From Squalus acanthias (lineage: Eukaryota), in the NCBI GenBank assembly GCA_030390025.1, contig CM059432.1, positions 31,002,001 through 31,066,000 on the forward strand: 64,000 nucleotides of DNA, in the 5' to 3' direction. Numbering within the stretch: position 1 is the stretch's first letter; each line of letters begins with the position of its first letter. A program made the position numbers and the translations under genes. Shown piece after piece: positions 35,930-48,355 of this stretch. Under the pieces are notes generated by a model that worked only from the letters and a program-made list of their open reading frames with translations, did no database searches and was not told where the DNA came from.

Positions 35930-36534
35930 GTAAGAACGGTTTAAAAAGATTGTGAAGTCATATAAATTTTCATTAACATAATGCTCTCTAAATGTAAATG
36001 TATAGACTCATTTAGATTGTGATGATTTCATGCTCCATCTTGGCTGGTCTTTCAGTTAACCAGTTTTTTTTTTTAAATGCTTTTAAATTTCTATTCGTGA
36101 TATAGATTTTTCTCGGTGGGGTCAGCTTTGAGCCGACAGCTAATGGTGTCTTCCACGGTAACGTTTCTGAGTCTGTGTGAATTCAGTTTGTGGAAACTAC
36201 ATTTTCTGTTGTTAAATGTGGGAAAAAAAAGTGTCAAGTTCGAGATGGAAATGAGTGAATGGGAAGTGCCGCTTTAAGGGAGGAGGGATAGAGATCCAGA
36301 TGGGTGGTTGTGGCTTCTGCTCTCTGTGCTGCTGAAAGGTATCATTCCTTCCTGATGCTATGCTGTCCGTTAAAGTGAATGAAAGTCAATGGACTGGCAC
36401 TGAATCCTCTTTTATTGGTTAACTTAAAGGGGCAACGTCGCCCACAAAGTTTGTTTGCCAAAGCTTTTTCTGTGTTTTTGCTATCTAAATGTGACGCTGT
36501 GATTTGCACTTAGAAATGTTTTATAACGTTTTAA

Positions 36535-36900
36535 TACAGGTGTTGAAAATTATGATGCGTTTTCATAGAGTAAATGCTGAGAAACTATTTTCATGGCAGG
36601 AGGGTGGGTAACCAGAGGACACAGATTTAAGATGATTGGCAAAAGAACGAGAAGGGAGATGAGCAGAGTTTATTTTTTAATCACAGCAGGTTGATATGAT
36701 CTGGAATGCACTGTCTGAAAGGCTGGTGGAAGTAGATTCAACAGTAACTTTCATAAGGGAATTGGGTGAATACTTGAAAAGGAAACATTACTAGGGCAAT
36801 GGGGAAAGAGGGGGGGAGTGGGACTAATTGATAGCTCTTCCAAAGAGTCAGCACAGACACAATGGGCCGAATGGCCTCCTTCTGTGCTGTATGATTCTAT
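36535..36900 (+). mobile_element. CR1 3' fragment
   Basis: agaggacacagatttaag..tggaatgcactg..gggccgaatggcctccttctgtgctgt(atgattct)n. Confidence 0.8.
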
Positions 36901-37863
36901 GGGCATCGCATCATGAAAGTGTTAGTATGTCATTTGTGTGTGATTTTTGTAAGCTGCTCCCAATGTAGGACAGTGATGGTTCCCCTTTAACATAAATTCT
37001 GTGTGTGTTTGGAAGATAATGGCGTTCAATAAACAAGTATGCAAATTGCCAACTCCTGTTGGGCACCGAGAGATTAATTACTCACCAGGCAAGACAATTT
37101 GCCATGTGCGCATTTCGAGGCGAGAACATTGGCATGGTCACAACACGGTCGGTCCACCTCTGGGATCCACCAGGAGCAACAACAGTGATACTAAAGGTGG
37201 CGCGTACTGTAAGAAACTGGAGCCTTGAAAGATCAACACTGCAATAGATGTGACCCTAGAAATTAATGGGTAAGCTTTTACCGCTTTCATATGACATTGC
37301 ATTGCCTGCTACTTTAATGCGGGCTTTAGTTTAAATGAGCTAATGCCTACATTAAAATAGCCGACAGAGGAAATTCATATGAGAGTGAGACCACTAAGTC
37401 GAGAGAGAGTGATACAGAGAGCGAGACTGGCAGAGAGGGATTGAGAGGGGAATAGAGAGAAGGGGCAGTAATTGAGAGTACATTCCTGTTCTAACGTTGG
37501 TGCAAGCAATTACTAGGCTATACTGTCTATTATGGGGTGCTGATACAGTCACATTATAGTGTAGCTAATGACTGCTTTTTCTTTTTATTTTATTATTTGA
37601 AAACATCACGAGACAAATATCATACGCCAGATGTCATTTTATTAGAATTTTGAGCGGAAGTGTAAAATTTACAAAGTTCGCTGACAAAACAACAATTATA
37701 TTCTGGTTGCCCTGAGCTTACATTCCCTGAACAAAAATTAGACTTCCCAGTGTCAGAACATTGAAGAATCAGAAAAGTCTGGAGAAACTTGGATTCTTCA
37801 GTCTCATAAAGGAGAAGAATGAGGGGGCACATCATATAAGATAGTAACTGGCATAGAAATGTC

Positions 37864-38032
37864 AGGATAAAATTGATCTCTGCCAGTAGCAAATCCACAG
37901 CCCATTTTATACAGTGCCCAATTTTACTTTTCATTGACTTGAATGAAAATGAAAATCGGGCACATTGTAAAACAGGCTGCCAATTTGCTATGAGCACATT
38001 TTACGCTACCGGTGTAGATCAATTTCACCCCC
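37864..38032. repeat. Imperfect ~170-bp palindrome (hairpin MITE-like)
   Basis: aaattgatct..cagtagc pairs with gctaccgg..agatcaattt; gtgcccaatttt pairs with aaaatcgggcac; centre cattgacttgaatg. Confidence 0.7.
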
Positions 38033-38770
38033 CTCCATCCGCTGAATCTGCAATAGTACTTCAAATGAAACCGTGACAGTGAGACCAGGAGTGCGGGTTC
38101 AGAATGATGAAAGGTAAATTTAGTACCACTCTTTAGGATGCTGTGATGGAGGGACTGTGTTTTTTTCTAGCAAGATAAGCTAAAATGGCCAAATGGCACA
38201 ACGCTATATAATTAACTTCAATATCTCCTGGACAAGGGCTGGCGGGAATCTGACAGATTTCCGACTCTTGATCCCTATCAAGTGAACCTAATTGAAGGTA
38301 CGCATGTAGAAGTCAGGTGAAGACAGGATCAGGGGAGCATGACGCTCTCCACAACAACTGCTTGCATTTATATTCAACTTTTAATGCAAGAAATGTCGCA
38401 AAGTGTTTTGCAAATAGGCAGAAGGAAACAGAATGCTGAGACGAAAGGGAGAGTGGAAACAGTCACTCCCTGAGTTCACACATGATGAATGATCCCTCGA
38501 GTGAGGTAGTGCAGGACTGCCAGTACAATGGAATAAGATCACTTGAGGCAGTACCTTCAGGAAAATGACAGATTTTTAAAATTATTATTACTATTGACAA
38601 ATTCTGTCTGCATAAATCCAAGCTCAATATCTTTATACCTTAATTTGTATTTTTTTTGGTATATTTTTACTCTCTGATCCCTTCTGCTGGAGTACAGTTC
38701 CACAGGTGCTCACTGCCCTCCTAGTATTTCACCCAAGAGGCCATTCTTAGTGTGTGAGCCTAGACACTCA

Positions 38771-39530
38771 GGGCTGGATTTTGTCCTGGGGTCGGGTTGG
38801 GGTCGTGTCATCCGCATTTCGTGTTATCCACCCGCCTGAAATTGGATGTGGGAGATTGATGCAATTTTCACTTAATTGGGCAATTGAGTTCCAGCATGTG
38901 GGAACCCATGAACCAATTAGTGGTTTCAGTCTGAAAGTCGCCTCTGATGATGTCATCATTGCAGGTCAGAGAGTCAGAGACTGCCTGGTCTTAGAGATTG
39001 CCTGGCCTTTGCTGTGAGAGGACCTGGATGCAAAATGAGCAGCATCTCAGAGAGAGAGAGAAGAGGGAGAGGGAGAGAGAGAGAGAATTTTTTTTGCAAC
39101 CAAGTCCTCCCAGGCAGTCTCTGAAGACATTCAATGCAGCAGCATCAGAGGCGACTTTCAGACCTACTACTACCTTCATCACATCTCCGTTGTAATAGTG
39201 GACCTGCAGCTGATAGTCAGCTATCCACTTGTGCTCCCGCCAGGTTTCACTGGCGTGTTTCACATCAGGCGTACTTCACGTCAGAAAAGGGTTAAACTAG
39301 CTAAAACGTTTCAAAATGGCATTACAGAGCCAATTTAGGGCTTGTTAAGGGCTTTAATGGCTTCTCCCGCTTCTTGGAGGCAGGACGGAGTCGGGAACCC
39401 CACGACCGATTTTGTCAAAATTGCGTGGAGGCGGAATGGAGTCGGGATGGGGTCGGGACCCCCGAATCTGCAACTTTAACCCCCCACACACCTCCAAACC
39501 CGACTCCACGGGTCATTGAAAATCCAGCCC
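38771..39530. mobile_element. PIF/Harbinger-like non-autonomous element
   Basis: Perfect 12-bp TIR gggctggatttt / aaaatccagccc with 3-bp TSD tca. Interrupts a SINE-like repeat. Confidence 0.82.
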
Positions 39531-40029
39531 TCAGTTTGTACAGGGGGTGACATTATAATCGAGCCTGATCTTCACATAGAAACATAGGAACAGAACATTC
39601 AGCTCCTTGAGCCTCATCTGCCATTTAATTAGTGCATGGCTGATCTGTACCTCATCCCCATTTACCCGGCTTTGATCCGTATCACTTTTACCTTTACCGA
39701 ACAAAAATTTATCAACCTCAGTCCTGAAAGTTTGAATTGACTTAGCCTTAACAGCCTTTTGGGGGAGAGAGTTCCAGACACACACTTTATAGCAGGATTA
39801 ACTGCATAGCTATCAGACTGGGTTGGCTGATTTCCCCCTCAACTCCCCCAAGCTAGTGGTGCTGAGACCAATTGCATAAACCATGTTCCCGTACCAAATA
39901 ACAAGGCACAAATTGAACCTGGGACCATTTTGGTCTGGGTGGCCCAGTATCAACAGAGCCACTGTGGATACTGTAAACATTCCTTTAAAAGGGCACAGTC
40001 ACTATATTAAGTGCTTCCAAGACACATTT

Positions 40030-40905
40030 ACATAGAACATAAGAACATAAGAAATAGGAGCAAGAATAGGCCATGGTTCTCTCACTCGGCCATTTCCTCC
40101 CTGCCTGACAGGGACATACCTATCAAGGACACGCAGTAATTACTCCATGAAAAAGCTCCACTTTTTGTTTGTGCCTTTCCCTGATAGTTTCTGTTCCCAT
40201 CTTATGCTCCCTAATTCTTGCCTAATCGCATCATAATTACCCCTCCCCCAATTATAAATCCTCCCTGCATCTACCCTGTCAAGTACTGTAAGAATGTTGT
40301 ATGTTTCAATTAGATCACCTCTCATTCTCCTAAACCCCCGAGAATATGGCCTAGTCTACTCAATCTCTCCTCATAGGACAATCCCTCCATCCCAGGAACC
40401 AGTCTGGTGAACCTTCATTACACTCCCTCTATGGCAAGTATATCCTTCCTTAGGTAAGGAGACCAAAGCTGTACACAATACTCCAGGTGTGGTCTCACCA
40501 GGGCCCTATATAATTGCAGTAAGATGTCTTTACTCCTATAGTCAAATGCTCTTGTAATAAAAGCCAACATACCATTTGCTTTCCTAATTGCTTGCTGCAC
40601 CTGTATGTTAACTTTCAGTGATTCATGTGCAAGGACAGCCAGGTCCCTCTGAACACCAACATTTCCCAATCTCTCACCATTTAAAAAATACTCTGCTGTT
40701 CTATTTTTTCTACCAAAGTGGATAACTTCACATTTCTCCACATTATATTCCATTTGCCATGTTCTTGCCCACTCACTTAGCCTGTCTACAGCCACTTTTT
40801 TACTAAATGTATGGAAACATAGAAACATAGAAGATAGGAGCAGGAGTAGGCCATTCGGCCCCTCGAGCCTGCTCCGCCATTTAATGAGATCATGGCTGAT
40901 CATCC
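40030..40905 (-). mobile_element. Rearranged CR1 fragment plus an HE1/CR1 tail
   Basis: LYRALVRPHLEYCVQLWSP at 40418-40790, an out-of-order upstream ORF2 piece (YNWGRGNYDAIRQEL) at ~40075-40258, and an HE1-like tail at 40811-40908. Confidence 0.8.
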
Positions 40906-42029
40906 AAATGGAAGAACATACAAATATACAAAAAATAATTAAAGACCATTTGGTCTATCAAGCCCATCCCATTAAGAAAACAATACAACAACGCACACCA
41001 TTCATCCTCCCCATACTATGTAATCACTTGAGAGACCAAACACACAGTGGAAACAAAAACATAAGGCCAATTCAGGAATAGCTCTAGGAGGTTCATCTGA
41101 TTCACAAGGTTATCAAGCAAAGCTCAAGGACATATCGGTTGTCCAAAGCTCCTTGGAATCAGCCTACCCTCTATAATTGGAAATGTGCTCATCTCTCTCA
41201 TCAAGTGCCTGCTGGAAAGACTGCAGCAACTTTTTACTGAGTACAGGTCTTGGCAGTTTATTCCAGATGGTGATGGCTCTCTGATGCCATTACTTCCTGG
41301 CATCTAAGCTCGCTCTTCGACTTCAAATTTTATAGAAGTGTCCTCTAGTCATTTCAAATAACCTAATGGAGCTGTATCCAACCCCTTCATCAGCTTAAAA
41401 AATCTCAATCATTTGAAGTCTGCAATGATGCAACCACTATGGTGATCACATCATTATGTCTCCAGTCACACCTGGTACAACACCTATGGTTTGACATATT
41501 TATAATAAGGACAACAATAAAAATCTGAATATTACATTGCAAAACTCCATGGTGTATTGCATGTGGGATCTTGGTGTCCTGCAGATTTTCTGTGCTGTCT
41601 AAAGTATGATGGAACGATCAGGCTGCTGTGATAATTGAACCAGACACAGTTAGTTCAGCCGGATGGTAAGGGAGCAAATGGAGACGGGTTCACTATCACA
41701 AGGAAAATGCTACAGAATCTATCATTTATATTATTTTTCCTTAAAGGAAAAGGACATTCTCGAGGCAATGCAATTTGTTCAAAGTCCTTCCCATAATACT
41801 GGGCCAGAGAATGTTGTGGACCAGGCAGTCTAACTCTCATTTAAACAATACTGGGACAATTGAAATCTTCATAACTGAGATGGATAGATTTTTGTTGGGA
41901 AGAGGACTGCCCCTTTAAATCCTGCTCACTAATTTGTTTTGCCAATTTTCTCCTCGCCTGAAGGCGTTGACTCCTGCTGAGGTATACTCCATGGGTGACA
42001 TAAATTGGCCAAGTAGGCATTTAAAAAAA

Positions 42030-42512
42030 TTATTCATTCTCGGGATGTAGCATTACTGGCAAGGCCAGTATTTATTGTCCATCTCTGATTGCCCTGAAAA
42101 GGTGGTGGTGGGCCTTCTTCTTAAACTGTTACAGTATAGCGGTCTTGCATAGTATTTACAGCAGAGAAACAGGCCATTCAGCCCAACAGGTGTTGATGCT
42201 TCACATGAGGCGATACAACTGAGTGGCTTGCTAGGCCACTTCAGAGGGCAGTTAAGAGTAAATCACTTTGATGTGAGACTGGAGTCACATATAGGTCAGA
42301 CTGGGGTAAGGACAGTAGGTTTTTTTTCCTAAAGGGCATTAATGAACCAATTGGGTTTTTACAACAATCCGGCAGCTTCAACGTCACTTTTACTGATACA
42401 GGCTTTTTATTCCCAGATTTAAAAAAAAACTGAATTCAAATTCTCAAACGACTATGGAGGGATTTGCACTCATGTTCTCTGAATTACTAGTCCAGTAACA
42501 CAGCCACTACAC
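42030..42512 (-). mobile_element. tRNA-derived SINE with a family-B LINE tail
   Basis: Homologous to 47920-48355. Its 3' end equals the family B LINE 3' UTR. Confidence 0.72.
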
Positions 42513-42825
42513 TTCTGTACCCATTCTACATTTGTGATCTGAGCCTGAGGTTGCCAGCCTGTTCAAGTCTGGGGGAATGGCATCACAGCCGAGCTTGATC
42601 CTGTTTTCATCCAACATCCGCACACAGCAGAGGTGATTGGATAGTGACCAGGAGTGGGAAGTCTGGCTGAATTTTTCTCCTGGGCTCAGGGACACTGAGA
42701 ATATATGTAGCACCTTATTGAGATTAACTCAACATCACAGACTGGGAATCAAACCTGTGACCTTCCTAGTCTACTCAATTCGTTCCTATTTTCGCCAAAC
42801 TGAGCCATTGGGGGAAGGAGCTTAA
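42513..42825 (-). mobile_element. SINE-like repeat (family containing the minisatellite seed motif)
   Basis: Reverse complement of the 44650-44875 type; contains tggatagtgaccaggagtgg. Confidence 0.6.
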
Positions 42826-43009
42826 AACCAGCTCATACTGCAGAAATATTCATTAGGCAGGTATTCAGACTGAGGGGTCGGTTGCTCTAAGGTGAACTTT
42901 GCATTGTAGTCAACCATTAGTCTGAAGGGACTGTAAAAAGGTGCCTGCCTTAAGGGGAAAAATCCATTGCACAGCACGGTCATCCTGAGCCTGAGCCACA
43001 ATAAACAGC

Positions 43010-43290
43010 TCACATTTCTATAGCGCTCATTACGAGCAAAGAATGCTTTACAGGGATACTGAGTGGAGGAAAGAAAGAGAATTTGGGTCAGAAGGGGACA
43101 GAAACATTGATGAAGAGGAGGAAGGAGATATTTCAAAGCTGGGAGGGAGGTGACAAGAAGAAGATACAGAGGGAGGGACAAGGTGGCTGAAGGAGTGTCC
43201 ACTGACGGTGGAGTGGAGGGACCAGAAAATGAGGAGTAGGCCAGTGTTGGAGGACTGGAGGTGTGCACAAGAACATAACGCCAGAGCAGA
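43010..43290 (-). mobile_element. L2 3' fragment
   Basis: L2-like tail (catttctatagcgc..) and purine-rich body. Confidence 0.55.
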
Positions 43291-43829
43291 AAAAACAAAG
43301 GAAAAGTGAAGTGGTTAACTATATTATTGTTTTGTGACAAAAAAACAAATGCCCTTGTGAAAAAGGTTAATACAACTGACTTGTTTCAATTTAAAGATAG
43401 TTAACTCAAATTATCACGTAATTCAATTATTATTCCTGCAAAAGACATCAAATAATCAGGAGTAGACTGTATTGATAGAGACCTTTGCTGGTTCAGTTGG
43501 TTGTTTACCAGCCAGTGTGGTACTGACCCATGCAAACCAGGAGGGTGGCAGATTGATCCCCTATAGGAGTTTGCAGCACGCACGGAGGTCATTCGGCCCA
43601 TCGTGTATGTGCAGGACTTTTCTACAGCAAAGTCTGTGTTGAGCTGGCTGATCCCAGTCAAGGTCCCAGTTGGGATGGAACAATTATTTTCAGTGCTCAT
43701 GGCCTTCTATGTAATCCTCATCCCCATTTTCCCCATTGAGTCTTGAGCTCCCTCAGCCCTTCTGTCAAGTACTCTCTCCGTAAACCTCTCTAGTTCTCTC
43801 ACTTCCTTTAAAAGTATTCTTAATACCTA

Positions 43830-44480
43830 TGGGGCTCAATATTAACCTCCTCCATGATGAGCGGGAGGAGGCCAAAGGGCGGGCTAAACACTAAAAAACA
43901 GAAACCACGACCCCAACCCGACGCATGTAGTAGAGGGTAGCGTGGCATGCAAGTGATCCTTCTTGGAGAGGTGGGACACTTCATTAACGTATTGAAATCA
44001 GGCTCCCATAGTGCAATTGGAAGCCTGATTTAAATTTAATTGTTGCCGCACGAGTTTCCCAGGGCTCGGGAAGTCCGGCAGCAAAATGGAGTCTGGAGAT
44101 GCCTTTTATAGCACTCTCTGTGGGCCAGGACGAGCCATGGCCCCTCAAGGAAACCTTCAGCCTCCCTTCTGCTGATTGCGGTCTCGCTCTAGCCACTGCC
44201 GCGATCGGCGATCGCTCCCTCCCCCCACAAACACCAATCTGCAGCCCACTCCCCTGCTGCGATCACGGGAACCGTCCCCAAGGGTCCCCGGCTATGGCAT
44301 CCTGCCGTTAATTTTCCCACACGGCAGCCGGCCAGCCAGACAATTTGGCTGGCTACCGGGCGGGAAATAGAAGAAAAGAAATAAAATGAGGTCCTGCTGT
44401 TAAATTTGGCAGGACCTCCACATCTCCGGCCTCGCCAGGTTCTTTGGCCGCTTTTGGCCTCCCCGTTCCCTCCACGCCTC
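43830..44480. mobile_element. GC-rich non-autonomous DNA element (MITE-like)
   Basis: Begins ggggctcaatattaacc. Internal motifs (tttcccagggctcgggaagtccggca; cctgctgttaaatttggcagga) are shared with 47068-47885. Confidence 0.55.
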
Positions 44481-44649
44481 GGGGCTGTGTTTTCAACCAG
44501 GCTTTTGGTTACCTGTACCAACAATCCCATACGTAATGTACAATGGGATGGCTTGACATCTGTTCCTTTTTTAAAAAGATTACTCCTATTCCTTGCTTCG
44601 GAATATTCTCCTATGTTAATGGTGCAAAATAAATGCATCTTGTTGATGG

Positions 44650-44875
44650 GTTAGAGAGTGGAAAAATCAGCCTGGGTTCCTGCTCCTGATTTCTATCCAA
44701 TGACTCCTGCTGGAAAGTGTGCATTTGGATGTTGGGTGAGAACAGGATCATGCTCAGCAGTGATGCTCCCCCAGTTGAATAAGCTGCCGACACTCACTGT
44801 ATTGACTTACATATGGTGAATGGCTACTTGAGTGAAGCAGTGGAGGGCAGCAAGCACCATGTGACTTGTACAAAC
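44650..44875 (+). mobile_element. SINE-like repeat containing a single copy of the 27-bp minisatellite motif
   Basis: cctgctcctgatttctatccaatgactcctgct at 44679-44711. Homologous fragments at ~38290-38560, 42513-42825 and 55300-55600. Confidence 0.65.
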
Positions 44876-45370
44876 AAACTTGCATTTATATAGCACCTTT
44901 CAGATCCATAATACTTCAGCTCTAACAGCATTGTGGGAGTACCTTCACCACATGGTCTGCAACGGTTCAAGAAGAAGGCCCACCACCGCCTTCTCAAGGG
45001 CAACTAGGGATGGGCAATAATTGCTGGCCTTGCCAGTGACGGCATATCCCAACGATGAACAAAATTGAAAAAAAAATCTGAAGCGTAGTCAACGTTGCTC
45101 TGTAAATTTGCGCATAACTAGGTCCTACAAACAGCAATGAGATGAATGACCAGTTAATATGTTTTAGTTGAGGGAGGAATGTTGGCCAGGATACTGGGAG
45201 AATTCCCTGCTCTTCAAATAATGTTGTGGGATCTTTTTCATTACCTGAAAGGTAGATGAGGCCTCGGTTTAACATCTCATCCAAAAGACGGCACTTCCGA
45301 CAATGCAGCACTCCCTTGGTACTGCACTGGAGTATCAGCCTAGATTATGTGCTCACATCTTTGGAGTGAG
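44876..45370 (-). mobile_element. Deu-domain SINE with an inserted family-B LINE tail (~44905-45075, +)
   Basis: Matches other copies of both families. Confidence 0.75.
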
Positions 45371-45764
45371 ACCGCCATTTGGACCTCAGTAGTAATTCGT
45401 GCTTTCAGGAGGTGTAGAGAACTGGAAGGAAAAGAACTCAGTTTTATACAACAGGAGAATAAAGGGCCAAAAATATTGCGCTAATGTTTAGCAGAAAATA
45501 GAAATTGTCTATGCGGAAAAGATTCATATGGAGCAAAATATCACCTTGCAGTCGTAGTAAGTGCTTGGTAGCAGCAGGCTATTAGAGATTGAGTTCAGTC
45601 TCAGTGAAAGTGAATCAAAGCAAAATAAGCCATGTCTTGTATTACCTGTGTTTGATGCAGTAATTACTCATTACTTTTGTCAGTAAATCTTATTGTTAGG
45701 GCCAAGTATGGGGTGATAAAGCTTAGAATGTACTGATGATGATATTAGTAGATGCATTGGACAT

Positions 45765-46750
45765 CTTATGCCTCAGTTTGTCAGCTTGGCTCACTGTTGG
45801 TACTTTTGCCTTTTGAGTCGGTAGGCTCAAGTCCCACGACAAGAACTCCGAATGTAATTTAGGCTGACACATCATTGCAGTGGTGAAAGAATGCAGCATT
45901 GGTAGGGGAGTGTGTTTTGTCAGCTGAGACATTAAACCAAGGCCATACCTGCACAGGTGGGTGAGGTGGGTGTAAAAGATCTACTTGCAGAAGTGGACTG
46001 AGATCCCCCAGTGTCCTTGGGCAACATTCTTTGCTCAGCCAAAAAGCAAACTAATTAGTCATTCATTTCATTTACAATTGTGGGATTGTGCTGTGTGTTG
46101 GCTGCCACGTTTGTCTACATAGCAACAGTCTCTGTGAAACACTGAGGATGCTTCACTAATAATACTGGTTAGGCCTCAGCTGGAGTGTTGTGTTCAATTC
46201 TGAGCACCACACTTCAGGAAGGATGTCAAGACCTTGGAGAGGGTAGAGAAGAGATTTGCTAGAATGGTACCAGGGACAAGTGACTTCAGTTATGTGGAGA
46301 GACTGGAGAAGCTGGGGTGTTCTCCTTAGAACAGAGAAGGATATTTGCTAGAGGTGTTCAAAATCAAGAATGGTTTTAATAAAGTAAATAAGGAGAAACT
46401 GTTCCAAGTGGCAGAAGAGTCACAGATTTAAGGTGATTGGCAAAAGAACCAGCGGCGACATGAGGAAACATTTTTTCACACAGCGAGTTGTTGTAATCTG
46501 GAATGCACGGCCTGAAAGGGTAGTGGATGCAGATTCAATAGTAACATTCAGAAGAGAATTGGATAAATACTTGAAGGGCAAGGGCTCTGGGGAAAGAGCA
46601 GTGGAGTGGGTTTAATTGGATAGCTTTACCAAAGAGCCGGCACAGGCACGATGGGCCGAATAGCTTCCTTATGTGATGTATCTATGATTCTATGATTCTA
46701 AGCACTGAGAATGCGATAAGGTGCCAGATAAATGCAAGTTCATTCTTTCA
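45765..46750 (+). mobile_element. Deu-domain SINE interrupted by a CR1 3' fragment (~46155-46700)
   Basis: SINE head and core, then CR1 sequence (RKHFFTQRVVVIWNA, (atgattct)n), then the SINE tail resumes at gcactgag..ataaatgcaag. Confidence 0.78.
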
Positions 46751-47067
46751 TTAATGGTGTTCAACAATACAATATAATAAATATCAGCAATAGTAATTTC
46801 TAGGCTATAATGACTATCAGGGTTTAGGAGCTGTAACCATAGAGATACCATTTATAACCTGTCCCTATGGATCGCACACACAAGATGCAGGATATTATTT
46901 AATAACTTTACAGATAAAATGGATAGTGGAGCTTCCAGTGTTAGAGTTTATTTGGATTTTGAGAAAAGTCCTAAGTCCTTTATGAGGGATACTAATTAAA
47001 AACCAGAACGCAAGATTGGCTTGGAAGAATTGTAAATAGGATTGAGTGTAGTATTTTTTAGAGGTGA

Positions 47068-47885
47068 CGGGGGGAATTTTAACCTCAAAAAATGGGTGGG
47101 TTGGGGGTGGGTGGGAAGGGTGCAAATGTTTTCATTCTCAAACTCGACCCCAACCTGCCCACTTCTGGTTTTAATGGAGCTGGGTTGTGGGGGGGAGGGG
47201 GCGGGTGACCAATCCACTCCCAGAAGGTAGGTCAGTCAGTAAAATCTTTTAAGGAGGCTGCGTACCTTTATTTTTACTGAATTTTTATTTTTAACGCATG
47301 GGTATCTGGGCCTCAGGAATTCCGGCAGATAAAAGGAGACGAGAAGGCCCGGATCCATGAGGTAAGTGTATTTATTGCACTGGTTGTGGACCAGGAAGAG
47401 CAGGAGTGTTTCGCCCAAGCCAAAGAAGCTAACCTCCATGCGATCAGACCCCTGTGATCGGCCGACCCCCAACCCCTCGATATTGGTCAACTTCCACCCT
47501 CCCCACGATCGGCCGACCCCCCCCCCCCCCGCCCCCACGATGTCCGATTCACCCTCCAATTCACCCCACAATGTCCACATCCCTCGCGATGTCAAATCAC
47601 CCACCACGAGGTCAGACCCCCCCTCCCGCAATGTCAGACTCCCCCCCCACATCTCCCATGATGCCAGACTTACCTGACAGCCGCTCACTGGGTGATTTCC
47701 AGCCCGACATACAACCAGCCTATTAAACTGGCTGGTTGTCAGGCGGTAAACCTTTGCAAAAAATTTAAAAGACTTCCTGCCGTTAAATTCGGCAGGATGT
47801 GTGGGAAACACTTCTGGGCTTTCCATCCGAAAATCCGACAACCCACACCCCGCGCTCTTCCTGACTCCGAGTAAATATTGGGGCG
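47068..47885. mobile_element. GC-rich non-autonomous DNA element (MITE-like)
   Basis: Begins gggggaattttaacc and ends aaatattggggc. Shares cctgccgttaaattcggcagg with the 43830 element. Confidence 0.55.
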
Positions 47886-47919
47886 GTAGTGTCAGATTGG
47901 GATGTTGAGTGTTTTTTTT

Positions 47920-48355
47920 TATTTATTCGTTCCTGGGATGTGGGCGTTGCTGGCAAGGCCAGTATTTATTGCCCATTGAGAAGGTGGTGATGAGCCGCCG
48001 CCTTGAATCGCTGCACTCCTTGTGGTGAAGTTACTCCCACAGTGCTGACTTTGTCACAGTAGTTTGGTACAACTGAGTGGCTTGCTAGGCCATTTCAGAG
48101 TCAACCACATTGCTATGGGTCTGGAGTCACATATAGGTCAGACCAGAGGATGGCAGGCTTCCTTCCCTAAATGACATTAGTGAACCAGTTGGGTTTTTAC
48201 AACAATCCAGTAGGTCACCATTACTGACACTAGCTTTTTAATTCCAGATTTATTTAATTGAATTTAAATTCCCCAGCTGCTGTGGTGGTATTTGAACTCT
48301 TATCTCCTGATTATTAGTCCAGGTCCAGTAACATAACCACTATGCTACCGTACCC
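47920..48355 (-). mobile_element. tRNA-derived SINE with a family-B LINE tail
   Basis: Minus-strand head ggtagcatagtggttatg (A box) and gagttcaaat (B box). The tail matches the family B 3' end. Confidence 0.78.

Noticed and set aside
35719..35955. ORF-track 78-aa ORF as the gene start
   Set aside because: Its first 30 codons are intron 1 and its end is intron 2; only 35810-35929 is exon.
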